A stretch of DNA of 64,000 nt from a virus (Duplodnaviria; Heunggongvirae; Uroviricota; Caudoviricetes): the IMG/VR virus record IMGVR_UViG_3300042892_001069; one strand, written 5' to 3'. The notes under the pieces were generated by a model. That model was given only the letters and a program-made list of their open reading frames with translations, was not told the origin of the DNA and searched no databases. A program made the position numbers and the translations under genes. Of this stretch, positions 10,263 through 20,442 are shown piece by piece (position 1 is the first letter of the stretch; each line of letters starts with the position of its first letter).

Positions 10263-13200
10263 TTATCCAAATATTAATGCTGATGCTATACCAAGGCTGT
10301 TAGCTTCAATGGTTGTAACACCGCCAGACGCACCTGCTACACTGGTCCAAGTAACGCCGTCAAACACTTCAACAAGTTGTCCAGTAGTATTAAATCTAGT
10401 CATACCTATCTCAGTTGTTAGTGGTCGATCTAGTGAGCCGTTGCCAGATGGAATAACTACTCCGTTGGTTCCGGCAAATTTTACATACCCTGTTCCAGTG
10501 CTGGTAAATTCTGTAACAGCGCCAGAGACCACATTAGTAACGCTATTGTTATAAATTCTTAAATTACCTAACCTAACTCCGCCGGTGCCGGTTGCTGTTA
10601 AATTTAAATCTGAGTCTGCGGTAATACTAGTAATAGTACTGCCGTTTAAATCCATATTACTTGTTTGAACTCTTTCAGCAAACAACTTGGTACTATCAAT
10701 TGTTACCATTAAGCTGTTGTCAGCATAAAAATATAACGTATTGTCGTTTGCGCCCGGGGTTGCCTCAGCAATAATCTTAGTGTTACCGTCAGTGTCTTCA
10801 ACACCACTTAAGGTCTGCCAGTAACTGCCATTGTATCCTTCGTAACGATTTAAATCTGTATTAAATCGTAACATCCCACTGCCCGGGGTGCCTGGTCGAT
10901 CAGTTGTGCCGTTACCCACTGGAATTTGTAAACTTTGCGTATTGTTAATAATTACATTGCCAGTGCCTTGCGGAGTAAGAATAATGTCACTGTTAGTGGA
11001 AATACTTTGAATATTATTATCACTAACTTTGATATTTTCAATTACTACGTTGCCTAACCCGTTGGCCTGTAATTGTAAATCTGTTCCTGTCGTCGATACT
11101 GTGTTATTTTCAATTCTAACTTGCGGTAATTGTAAATATCCAGTGCTGGTTACATAGCCAGTGATGTCTAAATTGCCACTAGAAGTAAAATTACCAGTTT
11201 GTATAATGTCGCCAGTTTGCGTAATTGTACCAACAACTGTGGTATTTTTTAAGAAAGTTGTTCCTGTTGTAACTGTCAAGTTATTGTCAACAGTTAAATT
11301 TTGATCAAACTCAACATCGTTACTTGGAACAACAATTTTTCCAGTTCCGTTTGCTGACAATATTAAATTATCATTACCAATAGTAGTGCTAATTGTATTG
11401 CTGTCAATAACTAGACCGTCAACTTCTAATCTGCTTAGATATGCGTTGTTCCAACGTAGGCTAGCAGTACCTAAATCATAAAATGCTGTTGTAGCAGGTA
11501 CAAGGTTACTGTTGATGCCCGCAACAAAGCTAATAGTGTCAGTTGTCTGATCGCCAATTTGAATGTTACCGCCAATATTTACATCGCCAGTTACATCTAA
11601 ATTACCTGTAACAAAAGTATTATTTTGTAAATTAATTGCGCCACTAGCAGCCGTTACAATAATATCACCAGTTAGGCTGTCAATATTATTATCGTGAATT
11701 CTGATATTGCCAGTTGTAATATCGGCTGGAGTAATTATTGTAGTGTTAACACCGTCAGTAAATGTTACACCAGTGGCACTGGTAATTGTTAATATCTGGC
11801 CGTTGAATACTACTTCGCCTGTTTTTTGGTTAACAGAAAAACCAGCTCCAACTGTAAAGTTACCTTCATTATCAACACTAGTGTGATAAATTTTTGCGCC
11901 GTTTAATTGTACAAATTCGTTAGCGGCAATTCGATCATTAGGGTCGTTAGTTAATAACTTTCCAGCACCAATATACGCAACGTTATGACTTACAAAATAC
12001 CCAATAACTCCAATACCATCACCGTATACACCATAGTCACCATAGATACTAGCTGAACCGATTGATCTAACCTCAACTCCGAAGTCACTGTAGTCGGCAA
12101 AGTCAATTAATGTTGCGGTGCCACCGGCACTAGTTCTTAAGTCTTGGAATGTAATGCCATCGTCTAAAATAGTTGTAGAATTATTGTTACCGTTAAAATG
12201 TAATAATAATACTGTACTTAGGTCGCCGGTCAGCTGTGCTGTAGGTACTGGGAATGTTGTGGTATAACGTGCTACACCTTTGCTAATTCTTACGTCATCA
12301 ATGTAGCCATTAAATCCAAGAGTTCCATCAAAACGTGCGCCAATAACTAGCGGACATTGAATGTAATTAGTAATGTCGGTATATGTACTACCAACTTGTG
12401 TTCCATTAACAAATAATTTAGTGCTTGTTCCGTTTCTAGCAACGGCAACGTGTGTCCAAGTGTTTAATGCTATGGTGCCGCCTGATATAGCGGAAACTCC
12501 GTTTACAAAATATAGTAAGCTACCGCCGGGTTGAATATTTAAAAATGGAGCTGCTTGTGGAGTTGCTGTTCTAAAATCAAAAATTACCTGGACAGCACTT
12601 TGGCCGCCAGTATTATAAATCCAAGATTCAATTGTAAAACTAGTTGCTGTTCCGCTAACGTCATCAGAGATGTCTGTATCCCCATGAACTAATAATTTAG
12701 TATTAAAATCGTCAACAAATGCTGTAGTAGTAGGGGTAAATGTTGCAGTATATCTTGCGGTATTGCTTACTCTAAAATCATCAATATAACCAGCAAATGC
12801 GGTTGTACCGTTGTATTGAGCGCCAACTACTAAGGGCTCTGTAGTGCCGTAGTCAGTTGCGTCAGTGTAGGTAGCGGTAGATACTACACCATTTATAAAG
12901 AATCTTGTTACCCCGCTAGCACGACAGATAGCAAGATGATTCCAAGCATTGTTAGTATGAGCATTACTACTTGTTAATACAAATGCGCCATTTACAAATA
13001 ATCTTAAATTGCCGCCACCGTTGGACTGAACGGCGATTGAATTTTCAGTTAATGTTGTTCTTGTATCAAACAAGTATTGTGTAGCTACTACTGTTTTATA
13101 GAACCAGCCTTCTATAGTAAAATCGCCTGTGCCAAATCCATAATCTGTATCTGTAGCAATGCTGAGATAGTCACCTGTTCCATCAAAAGCAATACTACTT

Positions 13201-14945
13201 CCGCCAAATTTGCTTTGTGTTGCGCTGACTGAGGCATCACCGTTAACTGTAATTGTTTTAGCAATTCTTGATATAGTTGACGGAAAAGCAAAGTCAGGTT
13301 GTGTTGCTATACTGGCATAATCGCCAGTGCCGTCTAATGCTAAACTTGCTGTGCCAAATTTCTTAACTGCTGTGGAAAGTTTAGCGTTGCCTTGAGCGTA
13401 TACTGTTTTTCCTGCGCGGTCAGTGATTGTTTCAAACCCTAAACATCGGCCAGTAAGATTTACATAGTTACCGTCAATACTGGTAATAGTTCCTGTGCCT
13501 AATACTGTTGTTCCGTCTGTACCATAATAAGTTACAGTGTTACCTACAGCCCATGTGCCAGTGCTAGTGTCAATGCGTAAGCGTGTTAATCCAGCACCAG
13601 CAAATCCTGCTTCACTAGAATATAAATTAAATCCTTTGTCAGCAAAATAACTAAATGAGTTTAACCACTCAATACGTACACCGTTGGTTGCTGTAACTGT
13701 TTCTTGGTTAGGTGTAAAAAATGTAACGCTATGAAATAGCATACTGGCTTCTTTACTTAATGCGTTGGCTACGCTGCCGTCAGCAAACACTCCTTTACCT
13801 GCGTCGTTTTGATCAAACCCGTAAGGATCGCTTGGGCTAGTAACACTTCCACGAGTTAAGACCGTTATGTTTTTAATGTACGGGCTACGATTAGATACTG
13901 TGAATCCTGTGGCAAAACGGAACCCATACCCAGTGTTGTTTGTACCGTTGTACCTAAATCCAGTAACGGTTAAATCTTCAACCGTAGTCTCACCGTTGAG
14001 TAAGAACGCATCTTTGTCAACTGTTCCTGCAGTTGGCTGAATAGTAACAGCACGAATTCCAGCACCTTTAATAGCCGCCCCGGCAGGAATAGTTAGGGGG
14101 AATATCTCAGTATATACACCAGGGTAGATGTAAACAGTATCACCGGCACCAGCTAGACTTAACGCATATTTTACAGTAAGTACTGGATTATTTTCGTGTT
14201 CGCCTGCGTTAGAGTTACTACCTGTAGTAGCAACATAATAGATATTGCCCTGTGGTAATTCTAAATTAATTCCGTTAATTGTAATCCCAGCAGTGGTAAT
14301 ACTAGTAGATTGAATATCAGTAGTATAAACATTAGCCCATCTCTTAAAAGTAGATCCTAAATCATATAACGGTGTATATAACGGAGATTGGTTGTCTGGA
14401 ATAATGTTACTGGCAACATCGGCTCTAAAGTCAACTGCATCGGTATTAGCATTACCAATGGTGATTAGTCCGGCCGAGTCTCCATCGACTTGTAAATTAC
14501 CAGTTACGTGTAAATTACCGTCAATTAATGTATTGCTGTTAATATTTACTTGGCCTGTGCCTAGTGTGTTAAATGCTAAATCAGCATCAGTAACTGTTGT
14601 ACTAATTGCGTTAGTTGTCAGTTGTAGGTTACTATTAACTTGTAGTTTACCTTGATAAACTACTGCGTTTGCGCCGCCTGGTTCTAAGTTAATAACTGAG
14701 TTTGAGCTTGCTATTGTATTGCCACTTAACGTAAATGTAGCAATTGTTGTTTGTGTATCTACTATAGCATTTGTTGAGCGGACAGTTCCGTTGACATCTA
14801 AATCGTAGTCAGGTGTGCCAGTGTTTATACCAACGCGGCCATTATTAACATCAAGATAGAGTAGGTCTGTCTCAAAGGCTAAATCAACTCCGTCACGAAG
14901 AAGATTGGACTTTAAGAGCGGACCTGAAATGCGACCAACAGCCAT
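10263..14945 (-). CDS. 1560-aa fibre-like virion protein with LamG/concanavalin-A-like domains
   Basis: Start moved to MAVGRISG because AAGGAG lies just upstream of ATG 14945. Motifs: YYVATTG...TVKYAL...PGVYTEIFP, LamG motifs FTIEGWFY / WNHLAI / GYIDDFRVS, and GMLRFNT repeats at the C-terminus. Confidence 0.85.
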   Translation of the reverse strand: MAVGRISGPLLKSNLLRDGVDLAFETDLLYLDVNNGRVGINTGTPDYDLDVNGTVRSTNAIVDTQTTIATFTLSGNTIASSNSVINLEPGGANAVVYQGKLQVNSNLQLTTNAISTTVTDADLAFNTLGTGQVNINSNTLIDGNLHVTGNLQVDGDSAGLITIGNANTDAVDFRADVASNIIPDNQSPLYTPLYDLGSTFKRWANVYTTDIQSTSITTAGITINGINLELPQGNIYYVATTGSNSNAGEHENNPVLTVKYALSLAGAGDTVYIYPGVYTEIFPLTIPAGAAIKGAGIRAVTIQPTAGTVDKDAFLLNGETTVEDLTVTGFRYNGTNNTGYGFRFATGFTVSNRSPYIKNITVLTRGSVTSPSDPYGFDQNDAGKGVFADGSVANALSKEASMLFHSVTFFTPNQETVTATNGVRIEWLNSFSYFADKGFNLYSSEAGFAGAGLTRLRIDTSTGTWAVGNTVTYYGTDGTTVLGTGTITSIDGNYVNLTGRCLGFETITDRAGKTVYAQGNAKLSTAVKKFGTASLALDGTGDYASIATQPDFAFPSTISRIAKTITVNGDASVSATQSKFGGSSIAFDGTGDYLSIATDTDYGFGTGDFTIEGWFYKTVVATQYLFDTRTTLTENSIAVQSNGGGNLRLFVNGAFVLTSSNAHTNNAWNHLAICRASGVTRFFINGVVSTATYTDATDYGTTEPLVVGAQYNGTTAFAGYIDDFRVSNTARYTATFTPTTTAFVDDFNTKLLVHGDTDISDDVSGTATSFTIESWIYNTGGQSAVQVIFDFRTATPQAAPFLNIQPGGSLLYFVNGVSAISGGTIALNTWTHVAVARNGTSTKLFVNGTQVGSTYTDITNYIQCPLVIGARFDGTLGFNGYIDDVRISKGVARYTTTFPVPTAQLTGDLSTVLLLHFNGNNNSTTILDDGITFQDLRTSAGGTATLIDFADYSDFGVEVRSIGSASIYGDYGVYGDGIGVIGYFVSHNVAYIGAGKLLTNDPNDRIAANEFVQLNGAKIYHTSVDNEGNFTVGAGFSVNQKTGEVVFNGQILTITSATGVTFTDGVNTTIITPADITTGNIRIHDNNIDSLTGDIIVTAASGAINLQNNTFVTGNLDVTGDVNIGGNIQIGDQTTDTISFVAGINSNLVPATTAFYDLGTASLRWNNAYLSRLEVDGLVIDSNTISTTIGNDNLILSANGTGKIVVPSNDVEFDQNLTVDNNLTVTTGTTFLKNTTVVGTITQTGDIIQTGNFTSSGNLDITGYVTSTGYLQLPQVRIENNTVSTTGTDLQLQANGLGNVVIENIKVSDNNIQSISTNSDIILTPQGTGNVIINNTQSLQIPVGNGTTDRPGTPGSGMLRFNTDLNRYEGYNGSYWQTLSGVEDTDGNTKIIAEATPGANDNTLYFYADNSLMVTIDSTKLFAERVQTSNMDLNGSTITSITADSDLNLTATGTGGVRLGNLRIYNNSVTNVVSGAVTEFTSTGTGYVKFAGTNGVVIPSGNGSLDRPLTTEIGMTRFNTTGQLVEVFDGVTWTSVAGASGGVTTIEANSLGIASALIFG

Positions 14946-15046
14946 ATGCGCTCCTTTATACACCGAGTTTCACGGATAACCACCTTGCATTGCGGGTTTA
15001 CCACAGTCGAATATCGTAAAAGTTTGGTCAACTTTTACAGTAATAG
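14946..15046 (-). promoter_or_regulatory. Structured 5' leader between a late promoter (CTAAATA, 15047-15053) and the 1560-aa gene
   Basis: Hairpins GUAAAAGUU-GACCA-AACUUUUAC, UGUGG-UAAAC-CCGCA and CCG-UGAAACU-CGG, followed by AAGGAG. Confidence 0.5.
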
Positions 15047-15066
15047 TATTTAGTGGATTTTGGCTT

Positions 15067-18000
15067 TTAGCCTAGAATGAGAGACCAAAAGTCCATGATG
15101 TCAAGGACTTCGCCAAGTGGTGCCGCGCCCAGTGTGCCCACAGCTGGAATCCAGATTGTGCCGTTATATACTTCCATATAGTTTAATGAAGTATTATGGC
15201 GTACTTCGCCAATTTCTGCGGTTACTGGTCTTTGATTTTGCGGAGTGCCTGGCGCATACGCAGGGTTACCTGTTCCTATGGGGATTACAACTCCGTATGT
15301 CCCTCCAAATTTTACATAACCAACGCCAGTGCTGTTAAATGTTAGAGGACCGTTAGTATTATTTCTAATAGTGTTTTCTGGAAACGATAAATTATTTAAA
15401 TTAACAGAGGCAGTACCGTTAGGAGCAAATATTAGATCATCTCCGCTAATACGATTATTAACAGTATTTTCACTTAGTCGAATATTATCAATATGCATTA
15501 GATTATTCAGCAAGGCAGTAGTGTTAATTCTAGTAGTAAGGGTGCCGTTGTTGTAAAATCTTAAAGCGTTATCATTGGCTCCAACAGTTAGTTCAGGCGT
15601 TATATACGTGTCTCTATCAGAATCGTAAATGCCTTTTAGAGGAATTATGCCGCCGGCAATTTTACCTTCAAAGACTAATGTTGTTGAATTTAATCGAACC
15701 TCACCAAGAGTTGTTAACACTCGATTTGTGTCATTGCTAGTTGGTAAACGTATTGCTTTTGTAGAATTAATAACTACATTGCCAGTGCCGTTGGGGGTAA
15801 AATATATACTCTTTTCACTGTTAGTAGTTGCTCCACTCCACACATTACTAATAGTATTATCAGTAATTTTAAGTCGACTATCAAGCACAACTCCATTACT
15901 TCCGCCGGCTGTAAAGTTTATATCAGCGTCTAGATCAATGGCACTAATATAGTTTCCACTAATTTGAATTCTTGACGACTGGAGATAATTGCCGCCAGTA
16001 ATGTTGTTAACACTGATAATATTACCAGTTATTCCAGTGTCACCAGTTTGATTAACGTTACCAGTGTGTGTTAGTGTTTTTGGTGATAAAATTGTGCCAA
16101 TTTCTGTATTCTTTAAACTAGTAGCACCGTTAACTGTAGTAGTTCCAGTAACTTGTAAATTGTTTGTAATGTCTACAGACTTTAACGGTGCTGATATAAC
16201 TCCAGTACCTGCGGCAACTAGTCTTAAATTAGTGTCAGTAGTTAGTGTAGTTATTGTGTTTGATGCTATTTGTGTAACATTGTCGATGTTAACAGAAGTT
16301 AAGTATGCGTTGCCCCATACTTTAGGAGTAACTCCGCCAGTTCCTAGTGTAAAAGTATTGTGTACGTTAGGTTTAATTGTCTGAGTTAACAACGGACTAA
16401 CACTTACTGTGTCTAACGGATTGTCCCCTAGATAAACATTACCCTTGACTAATACATCACCGCTTACTCCTAATGAGCCGGTTACTGTAATATCAGTGTT
16501 TAAAGTAGTAATACCTGTTTGCGCTGAAAAATTAACTGGCCCTGATACTGAGTCAATATTATTATCGTGTATAACAATATTGCCAGTTGATATTAAATGA
16601 GCGTCAATTACTGTTCGGCCGCCGGCCCCTTCAAGGACAATACTACCTCCAGCGGAAAAATCTAATGCTTGTGCGTTAAATGTTATTGCGCCGGTTTGTT
16701 GATTTACATAAAAAATATCGCCAATACGGTAATCACCTTTGTGATCCATACTGTCGTAATAGAGTTGGCCGCCATTGATTGCGACAACTTCGTTAGCTTG
16801 TATAACTAAATCGTAATCGTTTTGACTGTCGGCACCTGTACCAATATACGCAAAATTATGCCCAACTAGGTACCCTAGTGTGCTTGCGCCATCTGCTACT
16901 GCTCCATAATTTCCGTAAACGTTAGCCGAACCAATGCTTCGAAACTCGGCGCCAAAGCGAGTACTGAGACTAGCAAATCCTGCTGTACCTTGTGTTAAGT
17001 GTATTCCTCTGTTGGCAAAATAAGTAAAAGAATTTAACCATTCTACACGGGCGCCGTTTGTAGCAGTAACACCGTCTGCGTTTGGCACAATAAATGTTAC
17101 GCTATGGAATAGTATAGTTGCTTCTTTACTGTCAGGATGTACTACTGATCCGTCAACTAGTGCTCCACGGCCGGCGTCACCTGACGCAAATCCTAAGGTA
17201 GGATCAATACTAGCAAACCCGCCAGTAATGCTGTCAATATATCCCGGAAGAGCTTCACCCCCATCTAGTATAATATCATATACTTCTGATAGTAGGCCGC
17301 CATCAATACTATCTCGAAGGTCAATTGCTGTCCCTTTATTTAAAATTGAAATATTTTGAACATATGGACTGCGAGTAGTTACTAGACAATTTGGTGCTAA
17401 TCTAAATCCGTAACCTGTATCATTTACACTATCGTAAAAGAAACTGCCAACTGATAAATGAGCAACAGTAGTTTCACCATTTAGTAAAAACGCATCGTTA
17501 TTATTTGTTCCGCTTGATGGAACTATGGTAACTGCTCGGATGCCTGCGCCATTAACTGATACACCTTGTGGAACAGTTAAAGGAAAGTCTTCAACGTATG
17601 TTCCCGGAAATATTACAATATTATCCCCGGCTACTGCTTGACTTAAAGCATGTTTTACAGTTCTATATGTGTTGTGTAGATGTACACCGTTGTTAGTATC
17701 GTTACCGTTTATGCTAACATAGATAGTGTTACCCTGAGGCAACAACATGTCAATACCATTAATTGTTAATGCGTCTGCTTCTAACGTTGAGGTATTAATA
17801 TTTGTTGAATATACCGTGTTCCACTTTTTAACAAGTGACCCTAATGCGTATGTATTGTTAACGTCAGGTATAATATCACTGTTAATATCAGCATTAAATA
17901 TTACTCGATCAGTATCATCACTACCAATAGTAATAGTATTGCCATCCCATTGTAAATTTCCAGTGACTGTTAAGTTACCATTAATGTTTACATTGGTTGT

Positions 18001-18468
18001 ATAAAATTGAAGCTGGCCAATACCGTTAGCAGTAATTTCAATGTTGTCGTCAGCAAGCAGAGTACTGATGCTCGAATTAACTAATTTTAATTTTGCGGTG
18101 CGTATCTCATTTGTAACAATTTGCGGATCAACTGCCTGATCCGGCTGAATAAAAATTTTGCCCGTTGGTCCTGAATTAGGATTCTGAATTTTGTATGTTA
18201 AAAATACTAGGTCAGCAAATTCGGCTTGTGTATCAATTATCCAGTCTGTAGGGAACAGTAGATCTGATTTAGCAAAGTGGCTAGTGCCCGTGATTTGTAA
18301 TTTTTGACTTGGGCTGTTGTTGTTAACACCAAGTCCAACAGTTTTTAACGGATTAGATAAATCCGTGACTGACAAGTATAGTAAGTCTGTTTCAAATGCT
18401 AGATCGCTACCGTCTCTTAGCAAGTCTGCTGAAAGTACCGGACCGCCAATTCGACCTATTTGTGACAT
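15067..18468 (-). CDS. 1133-aa fibre-like virion protein; paralogue of 10263..14945 lacking the LamG insert
   Basis: N-terminus GRIGGPVLSADLLRDGSDLAFETDLLYL versus GRISGPLLKSNLLRDGVDLAFETDLLYL. Both share DAFLLNGETTV, FHSVTF and EWLNSF.YFA. Confidence 0.85.
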   Translation of the reverse strand: MSQIGRIGGPVLSADLLRDGSDLAFETDLLYLSVTDLSNPLKTVGLGVNNNSPSQKLQITGTSHFAKSDLLFPTDWIIDTQAEFADLVFLTYKIQNPNSGPTGKIFIQPDQAVDPQIVTNEIRTAKLKLVNSSISTLLADDNIEITANGIGQLQFYTTNVNINGNLTVTGNLQWDGNTITIGSDDTDRVIFNADINSDIIPDVNNTYALGSLVKKWNTVYSTNINTSTLEADALTINGIDMLLPQGNTIYVSINGNDTNNGVHLHNTYRTVKHALSQAVAGDNIVIFPGTYVEDFPLTVPQGVSVNGAGIRAVTIVPSSGTNNNDAFLLNGETTVAHLSVGSFFYDSVNDTGYGFRLAPNCLVTTRSPYVQNISILNKGTAIDLRDSIDGGLLSEVYDIILDGGEALPGYIDSITGGFASIDPTLGFASGDAGRGALVDGSVVHPDSKEATILFHSVTFIVPNADGVTATNGARVEWLNSFTYFANRGIHLTQGTAGFASLSTRFGAEFRSIGSANVYGNYGAVADGASTLGYLVGHNFAYIGTGADSQNDYDLVIQANEVVAINGGQLYYDSMDHKGDYRIGDIFYVNQQTGAITFNAQALDFSAGGSIVLEGAGGRTVIDAHLISTGNIVIHDNNIDSVSGPVNFSAQTGITTLNTDITVTGSLGVSGDVLVKGNVYLGDNPLDTVSVSPLLTQTIKPNVHNTFTLGTGGVTPKVWGNAYLTSVNIDNVTQIASNTITTLTTDTNLRLVAAGTGVISAPLKSVDITNNLQVTGTTTVNGATSLKNTEIGTILSPKTLTHTGNVNQTGDTGITGNIISVNNITGGNYLQSSRIQISGNYISAIDLDADINFTAGGSNGVVLDSRLKITDNTISNVWSGATTNSEKSIYFTPNGTGNVVINSTKAIRLPTSNDTNRVLTTLGEVRLNSTTLVFEGKIAGGIIPLKGIYDSDRDTYITPELTVGANDNALRFYNNGTLTTRINTTALLNNLMHIDNIRLSENTVNNRISGDDLIFAPNGTASVNLNNLSFPENTIRNNTNGPLTFNSTGVGYVKFGGTYGVVIPIGTGNPAYAPGTPQNQRPVTAEIGEVRHNTSLNYMEVYNGTIWIPAVGTLGAAPLGEVLDIMDFWSLILG

Positions 18469-18483
18469 AGTTTTTAAATTCGA

Positions 18484-19020
18484 TTACTGATCGAATCCAT
18501 GTAGAATAACAATTGGGGTTGATAATCCCGGGGTTGTTGATGTAAATTGAATATAAAATTTAGTAGAGTTAGGACCTGTATCATAAGGTGCGCCAATCTG
18601 TACACCCGTTTTTATTAGATAGTTATCAGTCCACGTTTGAAACACATTACCAACAATAACAATTAAGTTATCGCCAGTCCAAGTCTTACCATTCTCTACA
18701 GTTGCCGGTGGCTGTGGTGCTAAAGGACCGTACACTTGAGTAGCGTTATCGCCTACATAAGTTTCTCTATCAATACCTGTTGCTTCTTTATAGCGTAGTG
18801 TTCTCCAACTAGCCGGGTTGCCTGAAAACACTTCAACATCTTTACTAGTTGTGTTATAACGAATCATGCCTTCTACTTGAACTGCCGCCAGTGAACTATT
18901 ACTTTTTGGCAGTATCATATCAGTGGTAGCTGCAACTGTAAATGTATTATTAACATCTACTGCCGCACGGGGATCGTATATTGATCTGCGATTAAGTGTT
19001 AATGTTTTTAAAAATCTCAT
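18484..19020 (-). CDS. Virion structural protein (178 aa)
   Basis: Contains the GMIRYNT...VEVF motif shared with the C-termini of the fibre proteins. Confidence 0.7.
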   Translation of the reverse strand: MRFLKTLTLNRRSIYDPRAAVDVNNTFTVAATTDMILPKSNSSLAAVQVEGMIRYNTTSKDVEVFSGNPASWRTLRYKEATGIDRETYVGDNATQVYGPLAPQPPATVENGKTWTGDNLIVIVGNVFQTWTDNYLIKTGVQIGAPYDTGPNSTKFYIQFTSTTPGLSTPIVILHGFDQ

Positions 19021-19023
19021 GTC

Positions 19024-19374
19024 TTATACCGGTAATGTACTTACTACTACGCTTACGCCTGTTCCTGAATATGTTGAACTTGCTATTGCGCAAATTATAT
19101 CATTGTTACCTAATACTAATTTTTCTTGATCAAAACTAACTGTTTCGCCTGCCGGAACTGCTAGCACACTTACTATAGTACATTCTGGATTTGCGTAAGC
19201 AGTTTTTCCGCTTGGTACAGCATACAACGAAAGATTAATTGCTCCAGTACTGTTGTTACACGCAATCATACTAGTAATAGCATTATTGCCACTGCTAGTA
19301 TAGATAGGTGTACCGTTTAGTGCGCTGGGACTGCTTAGTGCTGTTACTGTAATTGCTGTTGCTGTCAATGCCAT
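19024..19374 (-). CDS. Small beta-rich virion protein (116 aa); paralogue of 9930..10256
   Basis: VPAGETVSFDQEKLVLGNND motif and an AAGGA RBS. Confidence 0.7.
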   Translation of the reverse strand: MALTATAITVTALSSPSALNGTPIYTSSGNNAITSMIACNNSTGAINLSLYAVPSGKTAYANPECTIVSVLAVPAGETVSFDQEKLVLGNNDIICAIASSTYSGTGVSVVVSTLPV

Positions 19375-19384
19375 AATATTTTCC

Positions 19385-20404
19385 TTATAGTAAGATACTA
19401 AGCAATACTGCTCTGTTCTTACTGATTAATTCATCTGATGTTAAACTATTTACAAAGTACAGGCCTGTCTTGCCTGGAGTTCCAATACCGGTTCCTGGAT
19501 CTTTTGCGTAGACTAAACCGTAGCTACTCACTGAACTTGGATTACTTGCTTGTTGTTTAAGATTTACAATAGAATCAACAGTAATTTGATTTGTTGTACT
19601 AGTTAACACTAGATTATTTAATGCGCTAGTGTTTGATACTGTATCTTGATATAGAGTAATATTATCAACCACAAGTCCTGTTGGCGTAATTTTTGCTCGC
19701 TCCTGACTTAGAACTGTAAACTTAATATAATTAGAAAATGCTTGTCCTCTAGTGGACGTAGGGTTGCTAAGATAGTGAAAATTATCCACGTTAGCTTGTC
19801 CGCCGGTAGCACTAACATAACTGGTTATGTATTTTTTATTTGGAATAAAGTTATCTTCAGGAGTGTCAGGACTCAACGGAATTGTATTGTCCAACAACGA
19901 AACATAGTTTGCCGGAGTAATATTAACAATCTTTAATTTTGTAAGACTGTTGTTCATATCGAACACCATGTCATAAGAGTCTGGAGGACTAATACTTGCT
20001 AAACGTAATCCGCTTAAAATTCCATCAGCTGTTCTAATAACAAATGTTCCAGGTATACTTGTTGTTAATACTGGATCGTAGTGACTTACATTTTCGTCAA
20101 ACAACAACTGTGCTTTTGGACTAGTTCCACGATTAATTTCAATGCCCGACTCACGAAGTCCGCCAATGTCAAGAATACCGGCAGCAAGATTTTGAGCATC
20201 GTTGTCGGTACTTTTGTTTAAAGTAATAATTCTATCTTCAATAGTAGTTTGTGAAGTATTAATTGTTGTAGTTTCACCTTTAACAATCAAGTTACCAGTT
20301 ACATATACTGTACCTACAGCCGTGCCAGTATCTAAAGTAATTGAACCAGTATCTTTTACTTTAATTCTATAATCACTATTGCTGACTTTTAATATTCTTG
20401 ACAT
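19385..20404 (-). CDS. Fibre-like virion protein (339 aa)
   Basis: GNLIVKGETTTINTSQTTIEDRIITLN...SGIEINRG is a motif typical of phage fibre proteins. Confidence 0.7.
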   Translation of the reverse strand: MSRILKVSNSDYRIKVKDTGSITLDTGTAVGTVYVTGNLIVKGETTTINTSQTTIEDRIITLNKSTDNDAQNLAAGILDIGGLRESGIEINRGTSPKAQLLFDENVSHYDPVLTTSIPGTFVIRTADGILSGLRLASISPPDSYDMVFDMNNSLTKLKIVNITPANYVSLLDNTIPLSPDTPEDNFIPNKKYITSYVSATGGQANVDNFHYLSNPTSTRGQAFSNYIKFTVLSQERAKITPTGLVVDNITLYQDTVSNTSALNNLVLTSTTNQITVDSIVNLKQQASNPSSVSSYGLVYAKDPGTGIGTPGKTGLYFVNSLTSDELISKNRAVLLSILL

Positions 20405-20416
20405 CTATTATCCTAA

Positions 20417-20436
20417 ATAGGGACCTAAGTCCCTGT
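20417..20436 (-). terminator. Stem-loop downstream of the 305-aa gene (terminator or processing hairpin)
   Basis: ACAGGGAC-TTAG-GTCCCTAT with only a short T run, directly before the next RBS. Confidence 0.5.
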
Positions 20437-20442
20437 TCTTAA

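Noticed and set aside
14960-15010. c-di-GMP-I riboswitch call for the 15-kb leader (GGUAAACC)
   Set aside because: The GNRA-capped P2 stem and the GACGCAAA/CUAA elements are missing, so it is reported only as an unknown structured leader.
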